From: an uncultured Candidatus Bathyarchaeia archaeon
Lineage (GTDB): Archaea > Thermoproteota > Bathyarchaeia > Bathyarchaeales > B26-1
Reading direction: 5' to 3'
Assembly: GCA_964499825.1 (NCBI GenBank)
Contig: CAZCOP010000036.1
Span: forward strand, 1 to 14,184
DNA: 14,184 nt
Shown here: positions 6,432 to 13,510 of the stretch, piece after piece
Layout of the letters: the number at the start of each line of letters is the position of its first letter
Position numbering within the stretch: position 1 is the stretch's first letter
The notes under the pieces: model-generated
Database searches by the model: none
What the model was told of the DNA's origin: nothing
Seen by the model: the letters and a program-made list of their open reading frames with translations, nothing else
Program-made: the position numbers and the translations under genes

Positions 6432-7127
6432 ATGTTGAGGTTCTCAACGAAGAGTGTATCTCTCATCGGAGTCTTCGCGGCTTTGCATACAGTATTGTAC
6501 TTTATGTCCTTCGGTTTATGGCGTAATTGGGCTATATACTTGGAGCCTATAGAGGGGATAATCTTGGGTCCTTGGGCTGGGTTTCTAGCCGCTCTTATAG
6601 GAAGCGTTACGGCTAGGATGATCAAGCCTACCGATTTCTGGATGTTTGGGGTGGTTGCTGAGCCTATGGGGGTCTTGGTCTCTGGGTTGTTGGCTAAGGG
6701 GTGTTGGAAGCCTGTGTTGGGAATTTATGCCTTCACGTTGGCGGCGTATTTTCTCCATCCGTTTGGAATGAGGCTTCCGTTATGGACTATTCTGGATATC
6801 CTGTTCGCCTTAATCTTCGTATATCCTGTTACGAGGTTGGGGAAGGATCTGTTTGAGGAGGATGCTGAACGCCTACCTGTATCCTTGAGTTTCATATCGT
6901 TTATAAGCGTCGTTACAGACTCTCTGATACGGGTTTTCCTGCTTGTCCCAGCTGGGTTGTACATGCTCTTCGTCCCCTCCTTTGAGGGGGTATACTTCAT
7001 CTTTGTGGAGGGGGCTTTACAGTCTTATATGGAGGACGCTCTGGTCATCGTTGTTTCGCTTCTGGTTGGCACCCCGTTACTTCTTGCCTTGAGGAAACTT
7101 CCAAGCCTTAAATTTCCGTTGAGTTAG
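6432..7127 (+). CDS. Integral membrane protein, 6-7 TM, ECF-transporter S-component-like (substrate unknown)
   Basis: 231 aa with alternating hydrophobic helices (SLIGVFAALHTVLYF, GIILGPWAGFLAALIGSV, FGVVAEPMGVLVSGLLA, ...). Size and Gly-rich helices resemble ECF S components. No EcfA/EcfT genes in the window. The functional call is weak. Confidence 0.75.
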   Translation: MLRFSTKSVSLIGVFAALHTVLYFMSFGLWRNWAIYLEPIEGIILGPWAGFLAALIGSVTARMIKPTDFWMFGVVAEPMGVLVSGLLAKGCWKPVLGIYAFTLAAYFLHPFGMRLPLWTILDILFALIFVYPVTRLGKDLFEEDAERLPVSLSFISFISVVTDSLIRVFLLVPAGLYMLFVPSFEGVYFIFVEGALQSYMEDALVIVVSLLVGTPLLLALRKLPSLKFPLS

Positions 7128-7597
7128 GCTGAGGGGTGAAGGCTAAAGATTGGTCGTTCTTTTCCACACCTAACTACGCTAAATACGCTATATAAACCGC
7201 AGAACATTGGAAGATGAAGGCATCTACCTTATCTATCTCTTTGGGGGTTACGCATTGAAGCCCGTACTTGTTTTCTGCCTCCTTGCAAACTTGGCTCCAC
7301 ACATGGCGATTATAAGCGTTCATCCTAAGCTATTAAGTAATGCAGGACAAATCCCTGAGCGTGGCCGAGGGGAAACCTCTATTATTCCGCGCTAGGATGT
7401 TGCTAAATTCAGATAAAAAATGGATTTTATTCCATCTCTAATAGTTTGCTCGTCACAGCCATCGCTGTGCTTTTCTGTTATTTCCGAATTTGCCAATTTT
7501 AGCGGGAGATGCTCACAGCCAAAATTATCAAGCAAAATCTTATACATTTTAGTCTGAATTTATCGAGGCCCTAGCGCAGCCAACAAAGATTGGACGT

Positions 7598-7607
7598 AAA
7601 CTTAAAG
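7598..7607 (+). promoter_or_regulatory. TATA-like box upstream of the JAMM gene
   Basis: AAACTTAAAG lies 34-43 nt upstream of ATG 7641. GAGG lies 6 nt upstream of the ATG. Confidence 0.3.
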
Positions 7608-7640
7608 TGGGAATCTTGTGGTAATGTTTAGAGGATACGT

Positions 7641-8051
7641 ATGGTCTTAAAAATTAAGAAGAAGCATTTAGACGAAATATTTCAGTCTGCAAGAAAATGC
7701 CATTCAGTAGAAGCTTGTGGAATTTTGGTTGGTAGAATAATGGGGAAGGAAAAGATTGTTGAGAAGGTTTATCATACAAAGAATGTGCTCGCCTCTTCTT
7801 CCGCATACCAAATTGACCCAATAGAACAGCTGAAAGTTTTTGAGGAGGCGGAACTTCAGGGTTTAGACATTATTGGTTTTTATCACAGCCATCCTTTCTG
7901 GGACTCCTTCTGGTCTGAGGCTGATGAGGAGGGAAGTAAACTATGGATAGGATATTCATATCTAATAGTCTCTCTTAAGACAGGAAACATAAACTCATAT
8001 GTGAAAGAGAAAAGGGGAGCGAAGAGGGAGGAAATAATAATCCTTCAATGA
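7641..8051 (+). CDS. Stand-alone JAMM/MPN+ zinc metalloprotease (desampylase / deubiquitinase-like)
   Basis: Complete JAMM signature: EACGILVG (catalytic Glu) and HSHPFWDSFWSEAD (HxH-x7-S-xx-D). At 136 aa it matches minimal archaeal JAMM proteins. Confidence 0.9.
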   Translation: MVLKIKKKHLDEIFQSARKCHSVEACGILVGRIMGKEKIVEKVYHTKNVLASSSAYQIDPIEQLKVFEEAELQGLDIIGFYHSHPFWDSFWSEADEEGSKLWIGYSYLIVSLKTGNINSYVKEKRGAKREEIIILQ

Positions 8052-8804
8052 CCCTTTGCCCACAATTGGAAAGTAGAAACCTTTACGATTTGCTCTTTAT
8101 CTTGATGGATCACAATTTTTCCGCCAACTTTTCTATGCGGTTTCTCCTTTCTAATCTGCTTTTCCATAGTTCTGGAATGGGCTGCAAGTCGAGAAAGGCG
8201 GCTTCTCTTGAGTATTCAAAACTCAAATATATCCACCAGGCTTTGAAAATCTCACAAAAATCCTCTATAATAGACTGCAACTACCCGTAACAGTAAGAAT
8301 GGAACTCCCAGAAAAGTCATTTAGATTCTTTAATAGATGGATTCAAAAGCAAATTCGCACTTCTGCTGAGCTAAGACAGATCCGCTTGGAGCCAAACACT
8401 GCAAGAAATGGTCTCATCCAATAATGTAGGGGGTATTTAAACTTGGTAGTCAACCACTCAACATGAAAAGGGAGAGTCATGTTAATAAGCTAGTTCTCAC
8501 GTATTGCTCAAGAAAGTTACATCTCTCGAGAAAAAAGAGGGAGTTTGCGGGGGATAACGGGAGATATCTCCACTATACTCTTGAGGTGGCTACTATAAAC
8601 CGTACACACCATTTTTTATCGTACATCAATTAACCTTCACGATTCCTTCCGGGGAAATCTTAAAATATTCAACTTAAGCTGGATGGCGGCGTGAAGAGTT
8701 CATCGATGAAGGTTATGAACGTCACTGGTGTAAATGGGATTCTCCCTTAGTGAGTTAACTTCTTATGTTAATAGGTGTAAATACCATCTTGAGAGGTATG
8801 GTGG

Positions 8805-10079
8805 ATGAGGTCATCGAGGGTTCCGGGATTCTACAAGCTGAGCCCAAGGGAGAGGCTTAACTTCGTCAAGGAGTTCGCCGGCCTAACCGACGAGGAAGCC
8901 GAACTCTTAAGGTCAACCGGCTCCCTAAGCATAGATTTGGCGGATAGGATGATAGAGAACGTGATTGGGGCCATACCCATACCCCTCGGGATAGCGGTAA
9001 ACTTCCTCATAAACGGGAGAGACTACCTGATACCGATGGCGATCGAGGAGCCCTCAGTCGTAGCCGCAGCCAGCTACGCAGCCAAGATGACGAGGGCTAA
9101 GGGGGGTATATTCACGAGCAGCACAGAGCCGATAATGATAGGCCAGATACAGGCGGTGGGGATGAAGGACCCATACAGAGCCAGGATGGCCATACTTGAG
9201 GCTAAAGAGGAGATCCTAAAGAAGGCCAACGAGCAGGACCCCATGCTCGTCTCGGTTGGAGGTGGAGCGAAGGATATACAGGTGAAGGTTATAGAGTCGA
9301 TGGTGGGGCCGATGGTTATAACTGAGCTCCTAGTGGACTGCAGGGACGCCATGGGAGCCAACGCCGTAAACACGATGGCTGAGGCTGTCGCCCCCATCAT
9401 CGAGAGGATAACGAAGGGGAGGGTCTACCTTAGGATAGTCTCAAACCTAGCGACGAAACGCCTGGCGAGGGCTTGGACTGTGGTTGCAAAGGAGGAGGTT
9501 GGCGGTGAGGAGGTTGTGGACGGGATAATACAGGCCTACGCCTTCGCAGCCGCAGACCCATACAGGGCGGCAACCCACAACAAGGGGATACTGAACGGCA
9601 TAATCGCCGTTGCGATAGCCACATGCAACGACCACAGGGCGATCGAGGCGGGAGCCCACGCCTACGCAGCCATGTCGGGGCGATACCTACCCCTATCAAG
9701 GTGGGAGAAGAACGAGGACGGCGACCTAGTCGGCTCGATAGAGCTACCCCTAGCCGTCGGGATAATAGGGGGCGCAACAAAGGTCCACCCGATAGCTAGG
9801 ATAGCCCTCAAGATACTGGGGGTGAAGTCCGCACGTGAACTCGCTGAGGTGATGGCGGCGGTCGGCCTAGCCCAGAACCTAGCCGCGTTGAGGGCTCTAG
9901 CCGATGAGGGCATACAGAGGGGGCACATGTCCCTCCACGCCAGGAACATCGCCATAATGGCTGGCGCAACGGGTGAGGTTATAGACTTGATCGCTGAGAG
10001 GATGGTTGAGGAGAGGAAGATAAGGCTGGATAGGGCGAAGGAGCTTCTTGAGGAGTATAGGAGGAAGGGCAGGATTTAA
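8805..10079 (+). CDS. hmgA: Class II (Pseudomonas mevalonii / Archaeoglobus type) HMG-CoA reductase
   Basis: 424 aa. ENVIG...NFLINGRDYLIPMAIEEPSVVAAAS (Glu), DAMGANAVNTMAE, DPYRAATHNKGILNG (Lys), NDHRAIEAGAHAYA (Asp), EGIQRGHMSLHARN (His). From my recollection it is collinear with the P. mevalonii enzyme over the full length. Confidence 0.95.
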   Translation: MRSSRVPGFYKLSPRERLNFVKEFAGLTDEEAELLRSTGSLSIDLADRMIENVIGAIPIPLGIAVNFLINGRDYLIPMAIEEPSVVAAASYAAKMTRAKGGIFTSSTEPIMIGQIQAVGMKDPYRARMAILEAKEEILKKANEQDPMLVSVGGGAKDIQVKVIESMVGPMVITELLVDCRDAMGANAVNTMAEAVAPIIERITKGRVYLRIVSNLATKRLARAWTVVAKEEVGGEEVVDGIIQAYAFAAADPYRAATHNKGILNGIIAVAIATCNDHRAIEAGAHAYAAMSGRYLPLSRWEKNEDGDLVGSIELPLAVGIIGGATKVHPIARIALKILGVKSARELAEVMAAVGLAQNLAALRALADEGIQRGHMSLHARNIAIMAGATGEVIDLIAERMVEERKIRLDRAKELLEEYRRKGRI

Positions 10080-10096
10080 CTTCGGGGATCCAGGCT

Positions 10097-11152
10097 GTGT
10101 CTAGGGGAGCCTCTAAAATCTTCTTCCTACTATCCGGTGAGAACCCAACCCTCCCAACCTCAGAGGTCAAATCGATACTGGAGGCTGAGGGCTTCAGCTA
10201 CAGAACCATAGAGGAGGCAACCCAACTCCTAAGGGTTGAAGTGAGCCAAGAAGCCATAGAGGCTGTAAAGTCCAGATCAGCCATGGCGAGAGTATGCTGC
10301 ATAGAAACCCTGAGGTGTAGGGCGGAGTACGACGAGATCTACAGGGGGTTGAGGGAAGCCGACCTAACAGGACTCATCAACGCTGGGGAGGGATTCGCCG
10401 TGAGGGTTAGGAGGGTTAGGGGAAGCTCACCACAAATCGACAGGCTGGAGCTCGAGAGGAGGATTGGAGAGATGATCCTAAAGAAGGTTGAGGATGCAAA
10501 GGTGGACTTGGAAAACCCGGAGAGGGTGTTCTTCGGCATACTGACCGGCGGCTCCTTCACCCTCGGCTTGAAGGTCGCAGAGATAAAACCAAAAGCCTTC
10601 ATCCAGAGAAACCCGAAGAGAAGGGTGTTCTTCCACCCAACAGCCATGCCGGCCAAACTGGCGAGATGCATGGTCAACTTAGCCCAGCCGAGGAAGGGGG
10701 AACTCGTCTTCGACCCCTTCTGCGGGGCTGGAAGCATACTCATCGAAGCCGGGTTAATCGGGTGTAGAGTTCTAGGTTTGGATGTGAAGCGTAGGATGGC
10801 TGAAGGGAGCTTGAGGAATACGCTACATTACGGCGTGGAACCCCTAGGAGTGTTGGTTGGGGATGCTAGGAGGCCTCCCCTGGGGGACGCCTCGTTCAGC
10901 TGCATCGTCACCGATCCACCCTACGGCCTCTCAGCCACAACCCTAGGATTGGAACCTAAAAACCTGATAGCCGAGGCCCTATCGGCCGTAATTGACATGC
11001 TGGAGAGGGGTAGGAGAATCTGCCTAGCAGCCCCTAAAGAGATGAGGGTTAAACAGCTCGGTGAGGAGCTAGGACTCAAACACGTTGAGTCCCACTTCCT
11101 ATACGTACATAGGAGGTTGACTAGGGAGATAGCGGTCTTCGAGAGGGTTTGA
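10097..11152 (+). CDS. trm11: THUMP-domain tRNA (guanine10-N2)-methyltransferase, archaeal Trm11/Trm-G10 type
   Basis: N-terminus FFLLSGENPTLPTSEVKSILE is typical of aTrm11. SAM motif I is FDPFCGAGSILIEAG and motif IV is VTDPPYG. 351 aa. GTG start; there is no in-frame ATG nearby. Confidence 0.85.
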   Translation: MSRGASKIFFLLSGENPTLPTSEVKSILEAEGFSYRTIEEATQLLRVEVSQEAIEAVKSRSAMARVCCIETLRCRAEYDEIYRGLREADLTGLINAGEGFAVRVRRVRGSSPQIDRLELERRIGEMILKKVEDAKVDLENPERVFFGILTGGSFTLGLKVAEIKPKAFIQRNPKRRVFFHPTAMPAKLARCMVNLAQPRKGELVFDPFCGAGSILIEAGLIGCRVLGLDVKRRMAEGSLRNTLHYGVEPLGVLVGDARRPPLGDASFSCIVTDPPYGLSATTLGLEPKNLIAEALSAVIDMLERGRRICLAAPKEMRVKQLGEELGLKHVESHFLYVHRRLTREIAVFERV

Positions 11153-11153
11153 G

Positions 11154-12074
11154 ATGAGCCTTAGGGTTTTATTCCTCGGAACATCGGCGAGCGTCCCAAC
11201 GCTCAGGAGGAGCCTCCCAGCGATAGCCATCAAGAGGGAGGGGGAGCTCATACTACTCGACTGCGGCGAGGGAACCCAGAGGCAGATGATAAAGGCCAAG
11301 GTCGGCTTCAACCGTGAGACCAAAATATTCATAACACACATGCATGGGGACCACATGCTAGGGTTACCGGGCATAATCCAGACCATGTCCCTCCTAGACA
11401 GGAGCAGACCGCTCTACATCTACGGCCCAGAGGGGATCAGAGACTTCATAGAAGCCATAAGGGAGACCGTGAGGTTCTCATTAAGGTTCAGGATCGAGGT
11501 TCAAGAGGTTATGAGTGAAGGAGTGATCTACGACTGTAACGATTACGAGGTACGCGCCGGATGGAGCGAGCATACTGTTCCAACGGTAGCCTACGCCCTC
11601 ATCGAGAAGCAACGTCCAGGAAGGTTCAACCCTGAGAGAGCCCTATCCCTCGGGGTGCCTAAGGGTCCACTCTGGTCCAGACTTCAACATGGCTCAGCCG
11701 TTAAGCTGCCGGACGGCCGCATAGTCAAACCTGAGGATGTCCTGGGGCCGCCTAGGAGGGGTAGGAAGATAGTCTACACAGGGGATACGAGGCCGTCTAG
11801 GGGGATCATAGAGTTAGCAAAAGGTGCAGATGTGTTGATACATGACGCAACATTCGCCGATGACCTAGCTGAGAGGGCTAGGGAGGATATGCACTCGACG
11901 GCTAGTGAGGCTGCATCGGTAGCCAAGGAGGCTGGGGTGAAACTCTTGGTGCTCACCCACATAAGCGCCCGCTACGAGGATACGGATATCCTACTCGAGG
12001 AGGCTAGGAGGGTATTCCCGAACGTCCTAGTCGCCGAGGACTTCATGAGCCTCGACGTTCCACTCCCAGAATAA
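11154..12074 (+). CDS. rnz: Ribonuclease Z (tRNA 3' endonuclease, metallo-beta-lactamase fold)
   Basis: FLGTSASVPT, LLDCGEGTQRQM, ITHMHGDHMLGLPG (HxHxDH), C-terminal LTHISARY. 306 aa. The ATG lies 1 nt after the trm11 stop and GAGAGGG lies 6 nt upstream. Confidence 0.95.
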   Translation: MSLRVLFLGTSASVPTLRRSLPAIAIKREGELILLDCGEGTQRQMIKAKVGFNRETKIFITHMHGDHMLGLPGIIQTMSLLDRSRPLYIYGPEGIRDFIEAIRETVRFSLRFRIEVQEVMSEGVIYDCNDYEVRAGWSEHTVPTVAYALIEKQRPGRFNPERALSLGVPKGPLWSRLQHGSAVKLPDGRIVKPEDVLGPPRRGRKIVYTGDTRPSRGIIELAKGADVLIHDATFADDLAERAREDMHSTASEAASVAKEAGVKLLVLTHISARYEDTDILLEEARRVFPNVLVAEDFMSLDVPLPE

Positions 12075-12088
12075 AGGGATGAACCATT

Positions 12089-13510
12089 ATGGGTGGTTAT
12101 AAGCTCCTCCTGGAGAGGTGTCTGAACGTTGAGGTTCTCATGGTACTTTTAGTCTTCCTCTCCTCCTTCGCCTTCTACTCAATGATGTTTATGAAGAGCC
12201 CCCTAATAACAGGGATAGATGGACCATACTACCTGATACAGGTTAGAGGCTTACTGGAGGGGGGAACCCCACCTTACGGCGATCCACCCTTCGCCTTCTA
12301 CCTCTTCGCCCTCTTCGCCTTGATCCTCGGAGACGTAACTGCTGGGGTGAAGTTCGGGGTTTCCCTCTTCTGCTCCCTATCGGTCGTCCCCATGTACCTT
12401 CTGGTCAAGAGGGCCTCCGGTGAAAGTTACGGCGGATATTTGGCGACAGTTCTCCTAGCCTTCTCAGCCTCCTTCGTCAGGATGCTGAGCGACTTCATGA
12501 AGAACGCCGTGGGAGTATTCTTCCTGATATCCTTCTTCTACCTTATGCACCGGTTGGCCTTCGACGGTTGGAGCTTGAGGAGGTTCTCCCTCGCCGTTGC
12601 ATCACTAATCCTGACCGGGTTAACTCATATATTAGACCTAGGTGTGGCCCTCCTATACCTAGCGGTCTACTCCATAGTCATCACGGTCCTAAACGTTAAT
12701 AGGAGGGAATACGCGAAGGCCTCCGGCTTGATAGGCCTGTCGATCGCGATATTCATCACGGCTACAGCCCTATACTCCCCGTTCCTCTTCTCGGACTATA
12801 ATAAGATACTGAGCTTCTTTGAGGACCTGTCCTCCATCAGTGAGGGTGAACAGGCCACAATACCGGTGTTCATACCCCGACCCCGCGGTCCAAGGTTGCC
12901 GATGAGCTGGCTGATGCTGGCCTTGATCCTCCTAGCCGGGTTGTTTACGTCGATCTACGAGTGGAGGAGGGGACTAAAGGAGGCCTTCACTCAATCGATG
13001 GTCATGACCATAATCGGAGTGTTACTCGGCTTCCCGCTCATACCCATGATGTGGCTCTGGAGGTTCATGCTCATGGAGTTCATACCATCCGCCGTTATCC
13101 TGAGCCACGGCCTCACAGAGTTTAGGCGTCTACTTAAGGGTAAGAGCCTCCTAGCCACTGTGACAGCCGTTGGCTGCTTATCCATCTTCATAATCCAATC
13201 GGTTAATGTGGCGGCTTCTGTGAGGCCGACGATAAGTTACCCTGCATACCTAGACTTGGTGGATATGAGGGAGGAGATCCCTCAGAACTCCGTCATCATA
13301 GCTCCTATGTGGATCAAGTACTGGGTTGAATTCGTCGATGGGGTTGATGTAGCTCGTAAACCGACGGTGGATTTGTGGAGTTCCTACTCCCATGTTCTCG
13401 TCCTCTTCGATAAGGATAGACCTCCCCCGTTCGTTAAGGGGTTAAGGGTTCTCTTCGTCGGGAGGAGACTGGCGCTCGCGGAGCTCCAGGAGAGGCATCC
13501 TCCTGGTTAG
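12089..13510 (+). CDS. Polytopic GT-C-fold membrane protein, short STT3/AglB- or ArnT-like glycosyltransferase candidate
   Basis: At least 10 hydrophobic helices. The first-loop motif ITGIDGPYYLIQVRG resembles the acidic first external loop of STT3/AglB/PglB. The C-terminal soluble part contains PMWIKYWVEF where WWDYG would be expected. The CDS call is strong; the function is tentative. Confidence 0.8.
   Translation: MGGYKLLLERCLNVEVLMVLLVFLSSFAFYSMMFMKSPLITGIDGPYYLIQVRGLLEGGTPPYGDPPFAFYLFALFALILGDVTAGVKFGVSLFCSLSVVPMYLLVKRASGESYGGYLATVLLAFSASFVRMLSDFMKNAVGVFFLISFFYLMHRLAFDGWSLRRFSLAVASLILTGLTHILDLGVALLYLAVYSIVITVLNVNRREYAKASGLIGLSIAIFITATALYSPFLFSDYNKILSFFEDLSSISEGEQATIPVFIPRPRGPRLPMSWLMLALILLAGLFTSIYEWRRGLKEAFTQSMVMTIIGVLLGFPLIPMMWLWRFMLMEFIPSAVILSHGLTEFRRLLKGKSLLATVTAVGCLSIFIIQSVNVAASVRPTISYPAYLDLVDMREEIPQNSVIIAPMWIKYWVEFVDGVDVARKPTVDLWSSYSHVLVLFDKDRPPPFVKGLRVLFVGRRLALAELQERHPPG

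Noticed and set aside
7174-7395. 62-aa plus-strand ORF 7207..7395 and an antisense 49-aa minus-strand ORF 7174..7323 (MNAYNRHVWSQVCKEAENKYGLQCVTPKEIDKVDAFIFQ...)
   Set aside because: They are mutually exclusive and neither has recognisable motifs or convincing start signals. The 49-aa ORF reads more protein-like, but I cannot support it from sequence alone.
7404-7562. 10-bp inverted repeat TAAATTCAGA (7404-7413) / TCTGAATTTA (7553-7562) enclosing 139 nt, plus a 6-bp-stem hairpin CACAGC-CATC-GCTGTG followed by a T-rich run (about 7455-7485); considered as MITE ends or a terminator
   Set aside because: A 10-bp A/T-rich inverted repeat at this distance and a 6-bp stem are within chance expectation. 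No flanking target duplication was seen, and no upstream gene ends close enough to need the terminator.
8048-8290. 80-aa ORF overlapping the JAMM stop (ATGA)
   Set aside because: The translation is Leu/Ser/Phe-rich and low-complexity (MTLCPQLESRNLYDLLFILMDHNFSANFSMRFLLSNLLF...). The opposite strand reads more protein-like, so this is probably a shadow of a degraded minus-strand gene.
8560-8571. Perfect 12-bp palindrome GGAGATATCTCC
   Set aside because: Several perfect 12-bp palindromes are expected by chance in 14 kb (roughly 14184/4^6, about 3), and there is no second copy or associated gene.
8734-8808. 24-aa uORF ending in ...ERYGG-stop, whose TGA overlaps the hmgA ATG; considered as a SAMP/ubiquitin-like partner for the JAMM protease
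   Set aside because: It is far too short for a beta-grasp fold (about 70-100 aa are needed), so the C-terminal GG is most likely coincidental. It could still be a coupling uORF, but there is no evidence for that.
63-13191. Many track ORFs antisense to or overlapping confident genes: 63..338(-), 89..307(-), 815..1270(-), 1014..1280(-), 1732..2184(-), 2634..2954(+), 4039..4392(+), 4504..4908(+), 6353..6625(-), 6725..7000(-), 9074..9400(-), 9430..9780(-), 9447..9659(-), 9662..9955(-), 9979..10170(-), 10339..10743(-), 11099..11386(-), 11774..11962(-), 12991..13191(-)
   Set aside because: Each lies opposite a gene with clear family motifs. Their translations are Arg/Ser/Pro/Leu-rich and low-complexity, which is typical of shadow ORFs, and none shows a recognisable motif.
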